Below are positions 1-12,420 of a stretch of 64,000 nucleotides of DNA, one piece after another. Below the pieces are notes generated by a model, which searched no databases, was not told where the DNA came from, and was given only the letters and a program-made list of their open reading frames with translations. A program made the position numbers and the translations under genes. How positions within the stretch are numbered: position 1 is the first letter of the stretch; each line of letters starts with the position of its first letter. The stretch is taken from assembly GCF_009834535.1 (NCBI RefSeq), contig NC_045697.1, forward strand, positions 61,692,001 through 61,756,000, read 5' to 3'. This DNA is from Camelus ferus. Lineage: Eukaryota.

Positions 1-104
1 TGGTCATGCCAAAAGGATATTGTATTATAGATAGAGTCTAGTGATGTCTACCTAAGAATATTAATATTAACCATCTTTTCAAAGAAGAGATAACTTAAAT
101 AAAA

Positions 105-282
105 TAGTCTCACCTACCCCATCACTTTCTATCCTTTTACTTTCATTTTTCCTATAGTATGAGTTTATATGTCTGTCATCTTTTCCCTTCACATAGCAGG
201 GGCTTTGTCTAACTTCCTCACCACTATATCTTCAGGGCCTAGGAAAGTGGGCATGGACAACAATAAACGCATGAATGAATCA
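105..282 (+). mobile_element. L2 LINE 3' end fragment
   Basis: L2 3' signature 'gcaggggctttgtct...cactatatcttcagggcctagga...aataaacgcatgaatgaat' ending in a TGAA tail. Confidence 0.65.
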
Positions 283-560
283 ATTTATTTTTCAATATGT
301 CTTTGGCTAAGATAATCCACAGCCTCTGTTAAGACTGTGTCATTAGAAAAGCCATTTATAATTGCTAGGTGATGACTCCTTATTCTAAGAAACTGCAGGG
401 TAAGAACCAATATATATTATATTCATGTTATATCTCTAAGAGCCACCAATAATAGAGTAATAGAATCTTGCACATAGTAGACTTTACATACTATTCAATC
501 TATTGAACTGTTTCTTATAAAAATACATTATTCCCTTTCATTTGTATGACTATTGGTGTT

Positions 561-685
561 TTTAAACACTTCTACTTCAATTATCTCATCTATTTCTCTC
601 TATTGGTAGGTATTATAATTCCAATTTTGCATATGAGGAAGAATATTATTTTCAAGAAAATTGAATGAGTTTTTCCAATGATGCA
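561..685 (-). mobile_element. MIR SINE fragment
   Basis: Reverse MIR core 'gtaggtattataattccaattttgcatatgagga'. Confidence 0.55.
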
Positions 686-844
686 ACTCCTAACCATTTA
701 TTTAGCACATGTATACTGAATGTCTACTCTAAGCCTAACACCATCCTAGACTCAGGGAACAAAAGTATAAAGTCCCTAAATGGAAAGAATTCACATTCCA
801 GTAGAAGAGTTCTACAAAATCATTTCCAATGGATGAACATCCCA

Positions 845-1065
845 GGTGGCAAACCAGTCTGATTCCGATCCTGATATTGCTGTCTTCCAGTTCTGTCCCT
901 CATCCTGAGCAAATTACTGACCCTTTCTGGGCTGCCATTTCCCCAGTACTTTAAGAGGTACACAGGAATACTATGAACTTTATAAGTTAGTTATAAAGAT
1001 TAAATGAGGCACATAGAACCATACCTGGAATATAGTAAGTGCTTAATAAATATCAATTGCTACTA
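845..1065 (+). mobile_element. MIR SINE
   Basis: 'cctgagcaaattact...ctttctgggctgccatttccc' core and 3' 'cctggaatatagtaagtgcttaataaatat'. Confidence 0.65.
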
Positions 1066-1139
1066 TAAATGCGTTTTGAAAGAGATGTTCCAGGTGAAGT
1101 AGATGAACAACTAACTATAGCCCCAGAATAAGGTAAATC

Positions 1140-1480
1140 AACTTTCCTTTTGTTTTCCAACATGGAAGCTAAGTTGGAGGTAAAGTCTGAAGAAGATCAA
1201 GAACTAACGCAGAGAAGAAGACATGATGAGAGGACCTGAACTAAAATAACAATTCATGTAGCAGATGAAAACAGAATTGGTGATGAGTTGCACAGGTGAG
1301 ATAAGGAGAGAGAAAAATAAATGATGATGAGATTTGGGGCTGGGTCAGTCTTCTAATGGTGCAATATTTACAAATATAATGAATATTTATGAAAAATGAG
1401 GTTTGGAGAGAATGCAGGAAAAGATGAGGATAGGTGCAGTTTTAGACAAGGTCTGGTGCTCTTCCTACTATACTTTGCTA
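1140..1480 (-). mobile_element. Degenerate L2 LINE fragment
   Basis: Purine-rich reverse L2 motifs 'gatgagaggacctgaactaa', 'ataaatgatgatgagatttggggctggg'. Confidence 0.45.
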
Positions 1481-1859
1481 CCTGAAAAAGTGTGAATTTG
1501 TTAGAATTTGATTCTAAATGAAAGAAGACAATATAAGCATAGATACAAAGTGTAACAGAGTTTGTAAGGGCAAAAGCTGACTTCAAAATGAAGAGCAAAA
1601 AGAATTCCGTTGCCAGGGTCTGAAGAATCCTTTAATGTCATGAATCCAGTGCCAGTGCCCAAGTAAACTTTCACCAAATCTGACCACATACACATATACA
1701 CACACAAATACATTCACAAATTATGTGCACATAAGTGCAATGCATTTGATTTTAACAAACATTGAAAATGCTCTGCCCTTCTTAATTACTCAATAAATAT
1801 TTCATTTGATGTATTTGATGGTCATCTGCTCATATGATGTTTCATTCCTTCATCAGAAG

Positions 1860-2150
1860 GCTCCAAATATAATTTTATTGTGTCTTTACTGCAGAGGAAT
1901 TTAAAATCAGAATTTTTTATTTTGTGCTTGTCACATTTAATGATAATAATCACCTTCAATCCTTCAAAGTAATTTCATATCCAAGTGAGAGACAGTTCTT
2001 CTCTTAAAATTCTGATAAATTTGTTGTGATACAATTGCATTGACTAAGCAATTAACAAGTAACAGGGCTGAGATTGCAACCGTGGCATAAACAACAAAGC
2101 AATTTAAAGTGACAGAGCTGTCAGGTGAGTGAATCTCATTTGACAGTCTT
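1860..2150. promoter_or_regulatory. Candidate conserved non-coding enhancer (MEIS/SOX/FOX/ARE-like motif cluster)
   Basis: No repeat recognised; TGACAG-ag-CTGTCA inverted MEIS/TGIF half-sites 2110-2123, TGACAG 2141-2146, AACAAAG 2093-2099, TAAACA 2088-2093, TGACTAAGCA 2041-2050; function inferred. Confidence 0.4.
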
Positions 2151-5100
2151 ACCCAGTTTTAATATCTTACTATTTGTGTTCTGGGAATAATGTAAATGAA
2201 GCATGAGAATAGGTTTGTTGAAGAGGTTTTTTTGGCATACTTATTCATGTCATAGCTACTCATTATGCTGAAGAATTTTAAAAGGTTACAATGAAATGAT
2301 GTTTACCTTGGCTTGTAGTTGTGAAAGTGTGTGTGTATAACATGCAAGCTAAGGTTCAGCTCCAGAACACAAGCTCACCTCTTTCAAAACGAGCTCTTAG
2401 GCTGTGGATGAATGTCATGATCTATGCATGATTTATTTAATACCGTGGAGCCTATTTTTGCAATAAAAAAAAGGCTTCAGGTTTGACATTCATTTACTGA
2501 AAATATGAAAAACAACTTTACCCACTGACATGTGTCACAAAACTCACGGGAAAAAAATGCTTCCTCTTGGGTTGCATATAATGTACTCGCTGTACAGTTC
2601 ATTCTAACTGCACTGTAGGTCTAGTTTTTTTTTTTTCCCACTATGTATACATTCCCAGTTGCACACACACTTTGTCCTCAAGCAACTATGTTTCCAAACA
2701 TAATTCTAGACAAACTAAAAACAGCTTTAACTTCCACCCTGCCAAAAGAGAAGGTGAGGACTTGTAAGTAAAGATGACATCAATATAAAAATTTCTGCAG
2801 ACAAGAAAATGCAAGCATGCTGGTTTTCCCTTCTGTTCCTAAAATCATAAATGGATAACTCCATTGAGTCATTTCCCAAGGGGTAGGAGCATGTCTACTA
2901 CAAACATTGGTCACATAGGTATAACTCATCTCCAAAGAAGAGGAGCCAATGATTGGCATGTGTTTCAGACACAAGTCTGTGCAACCAAGTACCTTCTCCT
3001 GAATTCCTGATTTTAAGAAGTAGTCAGTAATATTTATTATGCACTTGGGAAGAAACTGGGAGAAAGTATAAAAAGGGAGGAACAAGGCCAAAGAAATGAG
3101 CCAATTTTTTCTGCCTGGGAAGTTGCTTGTCCCCTGGGTGTGTAAGGAAAATCCATAGGAGTTTCAGGTAATACAGTTTAGTAGCTCTTCTTTTAGGAAT
3201 CATAATCCTAGGAGCCACATTTTGGTGATGGAATAAGTGGGCCACTTCTGTTATTCATTACGAAAGATGCTTTGTTTCTGTGAGTTTATATCTACTATTT
3301 GATAAATGTCTAGACTCCTCAAATAAAAATACTAAAATTCCAATAGTCTTTAATTTAAAAATTTAAAGAATCTCCAAGGCAGAGTTAGTCAGTCTCCATG
3401 ATTTACAATATATGTCACTTACCATATTTTGAAAATGCTTTTTCTTTCCCACAATGAAAGAATAATATCCAACAAAAAGAAAATGGGGCTGTAAAAGTTC
3501 TCCTTCATCTGGTTTTATCACCAAAGTCTGTTTCCTCTGGAATAGCAATACTACAGGAGGATGGAACAATTCAGGTGAGTGAAGAAAGGCATATGTACCA
3601 ATCCACAACACAAGAGTCAAAATTTTGAACATTGTAATGTGTTACCCCTCCTCAGAAAGCTGCAGAATAGAGCCTTCTTGCCAAAACAGATTCTGAGACT
3701 CCCAAGATAAACATGACCAGAATCCAGCAGATTTCCTGCAGATAATCCATAATGTTGTGTTGGGCTATAAATCATGAGCAAAAGCCCACAGACATTCATG
3801 CAAGCCCAGAAATGAATAAGGAAGAAGTTATAAATTGCCCTTTCTTCTCATGAAACAAACTCAGGTGTAAAAGGAACCAGCTATGATGGGTAAGAATATT
3901 TACTGAAGTTATGGACATTTTGAGTACTAGATCATTCCTCAGAAAATTCTGTCATACAGACAAATGAAAGGCTTCTAGAAATATCATAGCAAAGACCAAT
4001 GTGGTCCATATCCCGAAGCAGCCACAAAGATGTAGATTGTGAAACCCTTCTTAATACTGTCATCATTCTCTTTCATTTTGTCAGTGTCTAGGTAAGTGAG
4101 TGAACATACAAAGGAATATCCCATAATATTTAAATGTCTGGAAAGGAAATCTACTCTTCTGCCCAGCAAGTAACTGACTCTTCTTTCCTCAGTATCAATA
4201 GGTAAGCAATAAATGGCCATGGAATTGAACTGAATACACTGTCCCAAGGATTGCTTCAGGGTAACCATCTACTGCTGCAAGCAGCTCAATCTACTCCATG
4301 AGAAATTCTTCTTGTGAGAAATACTCCTGTTACCCTTTATATACAGTATGTGGTAATTGTATTGGTCAAGAGAAATACCCTCACTCTCCTGTAGGTATGA
4401 TTACTACAACTTTGCTTAAATGACGAGAATGACAACCTCTAAGTGGGAGACTGAAACTCATTATTTTAATCAGTCAATGCAGCACAAAATTATCTATGAT
4501 TTAGACTTCAGGCCATGCATAAACATTTTTAACAAATGTATTTTAATGAATAATAAGCAGAAATCAATTCAAGCAAGGACCTGAATAACAGATAGCAGAG
4601 CCTATTCTGAAGACAGCATCTTGGCAGCTTATGCTCAAAGACTGTTACTTGGCTGAGAATTCTTGTGACAATTAAATCTGGAGGCTTTAGCACTAGATCT
4701 TCACAGAGATCAACACTTGTGGAAATACAAAGAGGGGAAATTAATCTTCAAATTAACTACTATTTAAGAAAAGCATTCAACGATCATCATGAGATTAGCA
4801 TTTAGAGCAGAAAACTTGTTTCTAGGTGTCATGACCTTGCATATTTGGGTATTTAATGTTTTCTATGTGTCCTGGAGACTGTGCATGTATATTTAATGAA
4901 CAAATAACACTGGTAAGACTGCCTGGAAAGTTCAGTGGTTGGTGAAGTTTGCCTTTACTTTCTCTTCTTTCCATCGTGACCTCTAAAACTTCTAAAGGTC
5001 TAAGGGCTCTCCAGGTGCTCATATCTAATAGTATTCGAGAAAATATCAAATGCATGATCTCACTCTTGTTAACAATAAGGATTTAACAATTCTTTCTGGA

Positions 5101-5470
5101 GTTTTTCTTTTCCTTTCTTTTTTTTAATGAACTCTTCAGGAAATGGAGTGAATTGTGACTGGTGGAATTTTATTCATCATTCAGGCAGAAGGTTTGGTAG
5201 GTGAGTAATCTAAGGGTTCACAGGATGGGAGAACAGCTTCTGCTACTTTGTGTAGGATTTAATCCTAAATGCACATTCTTCTTGGCTCGGATATTATCTA
5301 ACAAAAACACTCTCTTAAAACCTGATTTCAAGCCCTTCTCTCAGTTATTGATGTGTTCAGCAACAAAGAATTAATATGAATGTGGCAGAAAAAAATACAT
5401 CTCATTCATCCGTTTTTTTTTAATTCTTTCAATAAATATTTGAGTGTCTGTTATGTTTGATGTTCTAGCT

Positions 5471-5683
5471 CAGTGGTTCTCAACAGGACTAAATTTAACC
5501 CCTAGGGGACAAAAAAGTCTGGATACACTTTTGGCTATCACAAATGAGAGGATGCTCATGGCATTTAGTGAGTAGAGACCAGGCTGATATTCTGCTAACC
5601 ATCCTACAGTGTACAGGGTAGCCTCCCACAACAAGGATTTGTCCCACTCCAAATGTCAAAAGTGCTGCTACTGAGAAGCCCTC
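5471..5683 (+). mobile_element. MER20 (hAT-Charlie non-autonomous DNA transposon), near full length
   Basis: Starts 'cagtggttctcaac', internal 'tgctaaccatcctacagtgtacaggg...cccacaacaaggattt', ends 'tgagaagccctc'; degenerate 8-bp TSD ttctagct (5463-5470) / ctctatct (5684-5691). Confidence 0.9.
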
Positions 5684-6504
5684 CTCTATCTAGACATATG
5701 ATAGTAAACAGAACAAATAATTGTTTCTATATTTGTCTCCCATTATCACTATAATAAAATAATTTCAAAGATTATCTAGCTGCCACCTTTTACCCTATGG
5801 AAATTCAAAACTGCGAGGTTTATTAATACTTGACTTAATAAACAGTTAAAGAAACTGACAGTTATTGACCACTTATTTTGACCAAATGCTACACAATGTT
5901 ACATACTATGAAGCATATTAATAGTACCTCTTTCAGTGCAGTGCATACATTCCTTTCTCACTGGATCCACACTTTTTCAGGTCATTACAGCAGAGTCCTT
6001 AAGCAGAAGTTAGAATCCCAGCATCCCTCACCAGCAATAGTTCTTACATTTTTTTCTAACCTCATGGACTCATAGCATGACTCTAGCTATCATTTCTTCC
6101 AGCTACCTTCTACACAATTGTTGGCCAAATCCCTCCAAACTGTAAAGGTGTTTATGATGTCCTTCTTAATGTTAAAGGACTTCTATCAACCTTAATTATC
6201 TGCTAAGCTTTGCCCTCTATTTCTATGATCACTGCCTAAAAGGAAACCTGAAGTTCATACAACTTGCCTTTTAACATCCACTTCAATACATGCCCTTTGT
6301 TTCCTTGTAGGAGATACAGGGTGACTTCTACCAGTCACCTAGGTCAAATTCTTCACCAGAATATGAAATAAAGGGTAGGAAGGGAAGCCACAGGCAGCAT
6401 GCATTCAACTTGAGAAACAGTAAAATTTTCATCAGCTGAAGGCTCTGAGAACATGTGAATAGACAATGGATGAGATGTCACTTGTAAAGAGATTGATGGA
6501 TGAT

Positions 6505-6534
6505 GATAGATAGATAGATAGATAGATAGATAGA
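6505..6534 (+). repeat. (GATA)n microsatellite, about 7.5 units
   Basis: Directly visible. Confidence 0.95.
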
Positions 6535-6559
6535 GTACTTTAATGGATTGTTTTAATAT

Positions 6560-7400
6560 TTATGGAACATATGAATTTGTTAGGAATATTGAATGCATTG
6601 GATGGCACAGCCACAAAACAATCTTGATAGACTGGAGAGATCGGAGTAAATCTTACAACATGAAATTTCACAGGGATAATAAAAAGGTTTTGTACCGGAC
6701 TGTAACAGGATTAAGAGCATTACAGCAGAGTGGTTCAGAGCACAGACACTAGAACAGGGCTATAAGGGTTCAGATTCTGGCACCATCAATTTCACTTGTA
6801 AATAGCTGTGTGACTTTTGACAAGTCATTTGACCTCATTGTGACTTGTTCTCTTTATCTATAAAATAGGGTTAATTATAGTTTCAATTTCATAATTTTTT
6901 TAAGAATAAAATGAGTTAATGTGTTAGAAAAGTGCCTGACATAAAGTGAGTGCTATGTAAGGGTAATGATGGAGGGGCATGATTTCACTGCAGAAAATCT
7001 GCAGAAAAACATAATTAGGGAAGAAGAGATTAGTCAAACTCAATTTGAGTTTTTAAAAATGATATTAATATTCAAAGTTAAAGAAATAAAAAGCCCCTGT
7101 GCATTATAGATGAATAGTAATTAGTTCAAGAAGAAGCAACAATCCTTTGCTGTTATTCAAACCACATCTGGAAGATTGGTTAAAGACAATATAAAGGACA
7201 TATGAAGAGAGAAAGCAAGAAAGAGAAGAGATTTGAAGCCACATTCAATGAGGAATGATGGACTCAAAGGCAATAGGGAAGTTTGGCATAAAAAGAAGAA
7301 TCTCACAGGAGATATGGAGGACATACTGGCTGTCATCAAATATCCAAAGAGCCGTAATGTATAGAGTGGTTGAATTAGACCTATATTACCCCAATGGTTA
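6560..7400 (+). mobile_element. L3/CR1 LINE ORF2 3' remnant, interrupted by a MIR
   Basis: Translated pieces 'NLDRLER' and 'NMKFHRDNKKVLY' resemble CR1 'DLDRLERWA..N.MKFN.DKCKVLH'; downstream 'accacatctgga' (PHLE) and 'gctgtcatcaaatatccaaag' (AV.KY.K) continue the CR1 C-terminus. Confidence 0.7.
6715..6965 (+). mobile_element. MIR SINE, near full length
   Basis: 'cagagtggttcagagcacagac', 'agctgtgtgacttttgacaagtcatttgacctc', 'atctataaaataggg', 'agtgcctgacataaagtgagtgct'. Confidence 0.85.
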
Positions 7401-7834
7401 TAATTAGGAAGAAAAATGACAGAGAATCTAAATTTATTTTTAGATTTTTTAAAGTTTTCTTAAAGAACATTTCAGGGATGGAAAAGCTTACTTCAAAATG
7501 TACATATCTTTTCAGGAACTGTTCAAGAATAGAGTTCGTTAAGTAGGCAAATACCTTACTCACTCTGGCTGGTAGGTCAAAGAGGTGGAGGGAGAGTTGG
7601 GGGTTGGGAAGGGAGGAATGGCCAGGAATGACAAAGCTTATGGAATGAAGGTCCCTGGAACGGAAACATCTCTATCCATAGCCATAAGCAAACCAGCAAA
7701 GCTGTAGGAAGGTAGTCCAAACAGTGTCAAAATCCTAATTAGCGAGGCTAACAGTGAAATAATCAATTCAGACATTAGGTGACCGAATCCAAAGGAGAAT
7801 AATCTAAAAAGAAAGATAAGCTACTGGGGACTCA

Positions 7835-8102
7835 CCTCAGATGCCACCTCCTCAGAGAGGCCATTTTCTGACCACAGTATTGGTTACTCCTTGACGGACA
7901 TTCTCTCTAGCATTACTATGTTTTGTTTTTGTTTGTTCATTTTCATTTATTCTCCCTAAGATATTTCCCCTCCTACAATGTAAACTCCATGAGAGTAAGG
8001 ACCTGCGTCTGTTTTGTTTTCCACTATATGCCCAGCATCTAAAAGAGTGCCCAATATATAGTACACCCAGCAAGCAACTATTCAAAAAGTAAACGGATGA
8101 AT
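7835..8102 (+). mobile_element. L2a LINE 3' end
   Basis: 'cagatgccacctcctcagagaggcc', 'aatgtaaactccatgagagtaaggacc', 'cccagcatctaaaagagtgcc'. Confidence 0.8.
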
Positions 8103-8370
8103 ATCCAGATTGACAAACAATTAAAGAACCAAGGCAGCCAGAGGCAGTGGAGGTCACTGAGAGAACAGGTTGATGCTCTTTCCAGAAATAACTACACAGC
8201 TAATGAGTGACCACCTGGTTCATATATTCAGGCCTAATGGTTTGGGGATAAGTGATGTGTCCTAGACAATTAAGGGTATTTGAGGAAATTGAGAGTGAAA
8301 AAAAAGTCTAAGGAAATTTTAAACACTGGAAGTAGGGGAAGATATAGTGGACTACATCAAACCACTACAT

Positions 8371-8559
8371 CAGGGTTTTCAAAGGATCATCCCAGACCAG
8401 CAGCACCGGAATCACCTAGGAACTTGTTAGAATGCAAATCCTTAGCCTCCTAATTTAGACCTACTGAACCCAAAACTTCAAGGGTAAAGCCCAGCAATCC
8501 ATATTTTAACAAATCTTCCATAGACTGTTGTCGTGCATGTCCCAGTGCGAAAACCACTG
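8371..8559 (+). mobile_element. MER5A (hAT-Charlie)
   Basis: 'ccagaccagcagcaccggaatcacctaggaacttgttagaatgcaaat', 'gcccagcaatccatattttaacaa', terminal 'aaaaccactg'. Confidence 0.85.
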
Positions 8560-8646
8560 GGCTGCACCATCTTCTGAGGCCCTTCCAATGCTCCATGATT
8601 CTATAAGAGACAAGAATAAGCCCTGAGTGATAGAAGAAAATTCCTA

Positions 8647-8965
8647 AAGCATCCCTGACCAAAATTTACTCCATGGAACATGAAAACAGCAATAAAAATA
8701 GTAACTAGAATAATTCCTCAGGTTGTTAATTGTTTGTTTGCTTGTTCTGAGAAGAAAATTTTTTTCTAAGAAAGTGTTAGATTTAAAAATGTATTTCTTT
8801 CCTGCTGGAGTTCTTAGAGCCTTGATACTAATAGAAATTATGACCCTCCAAGAAAATGGAGGCGTGGTATGTCGTATTTTCCACATGTATTTGATCAAGA
8901 ATCCCTATTCCCACAGTGTATCTTGCAGAAAGAGTGTTTTGCTAAATTCCATCTAGGAAACACAA
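8647..8965 (-). mobile_element. MER112-like hAT-Charlie element
   Basis: 'tttctttcctgctggagttcttagagccttgatacta...tatgaccctccaaga' is the reverse of the motif at 13940-14010; family name from memory. Confidence 0.5.
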
Positions 8966-9769
8966 ACTCAAGGATGCTGAGTTTTTTAGGTTTTTTTCTT
9001 CTTTTTTTTTTTGAGAACCAAGTGCCCAAAAAGCAGAAGAGTTGCTGACAGAACACCAGGGTCAAGTTTTTGTCCCTGGCTAACCAGGTCTGTATACTAA
9101 TATATTCGTTTCTATCAGTAGGACAGTGTTGCTCCAATTTAAGATGGGATTGATACTTATGTTTCTGGAGAATTTTGTGCTCCACTAAGGGTACTGTGAA
9201 GAACAGGTGTGCTAATAAGTCTCAGATTGTTTTCTAGACCATGAGCAGCTTGGACATTTCTGTATTTTCTTACTTACGTGAATAATGGAAGAGAGTTCTG
9301 GTCTTCTTTTTCCTAGTATAAAGAAGCTAAAAATGAACTTGACTGTGATTCATTAAACATCATTACCTGTGTCAGGCATCAGAAAATTACATTTCAGCCA
9401 AGGGCATGAAAATACGTATGTGAGTTACAGTGATGGTAAACAACTTTTCAACTAATTTATTCAAGTATTTACAGTTTTCATTTAAAAGCAAAAGGAACAA
9501 TATGAAATGTTGAACAAAAATAATTAATCTGTATATATAATACTCATTAAAATACAGGAAAAATTCAGTGCTCTCTCCAAAAGTACCGTTCAAGCTATGT
9601 CAGAGCAGTTACCAGAAGCTTCTTGGGTTCTATAAAGTACACCAAGGGAACTTAATGAACACTAATTAATCAAAGTAATATTTAGTTCCATTTCCAATTA
9701 ACTCCTGCAATGAATGTTCGTAATAGAGAATATGGATGCCTAAAGACAAATCTATTATTTATTTAGGTG

Positions 9770-10320
9770 TTATTTATTTATGCCTCCAACTACATCCAAA
9801 AATAATTAATTCAAACCACAATGCAAGTTATCAATACAATAAAACTATTTTCAAAAGCACAGGAAAAAAAATGACTCAGGCAATATGTGGGAAGAAAGAA
9901 GTTATAAAATAAAACTCAGGATAAAGGAAACCAGGCAAAAGGCTTAGCTTTGAACTTTCTATATATCATATACCCAATGAGTCACAAAGTTTATCTTACC
10001 CAAATTCTGAAAAAAAAATTATATATATATAAAAAATATATATGAGGATGTGGGTCCTCATAAGAAATCATGAATAACATCCTCAATTGCTGTTTTACTA
10101 CAAATATGCAGAGCTCTACATAAGGCTATTTCTCATACAACTGCAATTAAAAACCAAGGACAGAGTTTAATAATGCTCTACAGTATGTAGTGCGATATAT
10201 ACTGAGCTAACCTGATACAGGTTTAAAGCTTAGAATCAGGAGAATTTATGGATGATGTGCCTCTTAGAGTAACCCACCAATTATTGTGTCTCAGCTGAAC
10301 TTCCTACAGGACTAAGACAG
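9770..10320 (-). mobile_element. Possible L4 (RTE-X) LINE remnant
   Basis: 'tttatttatgcctccaactacatccaaaa' and 'cttagctttgaactttct' resemble the reverse L4 3' region; heavily decayed. Confidence 0.35.
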
Positions 10321-10814
10321 ATCATTCAAATGTGGGGATACTATCAAGCATTTGAAGTTTATACATTCTATATTGTCAACTGAGTCTTGCACCATGAATA
10401 CAAGTCCACAGACACTATTCGTATAGGGTTAAATCTACTACACTGAAGAAATGATTTCTTGTATCTGACAAATCAAGTGTAAGTTAAGGTATCAAAAGCC
10501 CTTACAAGTAAGTTAGATCGTATTTGTTTACCAGGATGGTAGATCAGGCTTTGAGAGATTTTGTGATTCCTTTATGGACCAGCTAGGGCAAGGTTGATCT
10601 GATATCACTAAAACCAAAGTGGCTGGCTAAATTTATTTTGCTAACTGACTGGACTGAATAAAGGGTTTCACATTTGGACATGAAAGAATTCCCTTTCAAT
10701 TTTTGTTGTCCTAGCTCTAACAATGTATTCTGAATAGCAAGTGCCCAGTAAGTATCTTTGAATGAACAGCTATTATTAAGGTGTTTTGGAAACAGATTAT
10801 GTTAGGAGACTTGT

Positions 10815-12420
10815 TCACTCATTCAATTACTACTCATTATACAACTTCCATGTTCCAAATACCGTGCTAGTTATGAGGATACAATGATGAGCTGGGCAGA
10901 CTTAGTCTCTGTTCTCACAAAGACCAACAATAAATAATTAGGCAAACTAAGATTTTTGTTTCAATTGTGATGATTTTTCAAAAGAAAAAGAGAGGGTGCT
11001 AGTGTTAGAAAAGTAAATAGGGAAGAATAAATATTATAACTACCTGCCGTTAGGAAGTTAGAATTTTGTGGATAATATTCTTAAGAATGATGAGAGCCAG
11101 CTCATCCGAGTGCAACAAATATTTTTTTGAGCATTTACTATGTTACAGCTCTGGGCTAGTCACTATAGTGTACAGAGATGATTAAATTTCAGCCTCTGCA
11201 CTTAATAACGTAAAAATCCAGTAATAAAAATGTCCTCTAGCTATAATCTAAAGAAAATTTGTTAGCTTCATGCAAAGAGATCACAAATCCACTAATAAAG
11301 TTCAAAGGATGAAAAGTTCCTCACAGTTGAAATGATTAGAGGGTTTTATAAAGTAAGAGATATTTGTAATGGCATTAAAGAATGCCTATGTGAAACAACC
11401 TAAATGTCCTTTGATGGATGAATGGATAAAGAAAATGTGGCATATACATACAATGGAATGTTATTCAGTCTTTTTTAAAAAAGGAAACCCTGCCATTTAT
11501 AATAACATGGATGGATCTGGAGGACAATAAGCTAAATGAAATAAGCCAGACACAGAAAAGCAAGTATTGTGTGATCTCACTTATATACAGAATCTAAATA
11601 GTCAAACTCACAGAAGTAGAGTAGAATAGTGATTGCCAGGGCCTGGAGGAAGGGGAAATGGTCAAAGGGTATAAATTTTCCACTATACAAGATGAGTAAT
11701 TTCTGGAGATCCGCTATACAGCATTGTGCCTATAGCTAAGAATACTGTATTATATGCTTAAAATTTGTTAAAAGAGTAGATCTTTTATGTTAAGCATTCT
11801 TATCACACATAAAAAAATGATGGTGGTAATGATGATGAGGCTGGGAGGAAACTTTGGGGGATGATGGATATGCATACAGCCTTGATGGTAGTGATGGTGT
11901 CAGAAGTATACATGCATCCCCAAACTAGCTAAACTGTATACATTAAATATGTACACCATTTTTCATGTCAGTCACACCTCAGTAAAGTAGTTTAAAGGAA
12001 AAAAATAAATAGTGCCTACATAGAATACGGATGGAAGAAAAAGAGGAGAAGGGTATTTTAACTGACAGAGAAGCAAAAGCAAAGGGGATGGCATGAGGAA
12101 ACAGGCTACCAGCAGCTGTTAGGAGGTAAAGATGAAGGAACATGTAAGTTAATAGGGGGATAAGGCAGGACAGGGGGGTGACAGCCAGCTCAGGAGACTA
12201 TTAGATGCCAGGCTACAAAGTGTGCTCTTCATTCAGTAGGTGATGGAAACTTACTGGAGACTTTTGATCAGGAGAGTGACATGATAAAAAGGGAGCTTCA
12301 AGAACCTTGAACTCTGTAGGGTGATTTTGAGAGATGAGAGACCAAAGGTAATCAGAGCAGCTGGTAGTCGAGACAAAAGGTAATAAGGTCCTGAACTATG
12401 ACAGTAGGAATGGAAATGAG
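10815..12420 (-). mobile_element. L2 LINE fragments split by the L1 at 11392-12005
   Basis: 'ttcactcattcaatt...ccatgttccaaataccgtgctag', 'tttttgagcatttactatgtt', 'actggagacttttgatcaggagagtgacatgat'. Confidence 0.65.
11392..12005 (+). mobile_element. Old L1 (L1MA/L1MB-type) 3' end, 5'-truncated
   Basis: 'aaacaacctaaatgtcctttgatggatgaatggataaagaaaatgtgg...gctaaatgaaataagccagacacagaaa', L1M 3' UTR, A-rich tail; decayed TSD 11376-11391 / 12006-12021. Confidence 0.92.
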
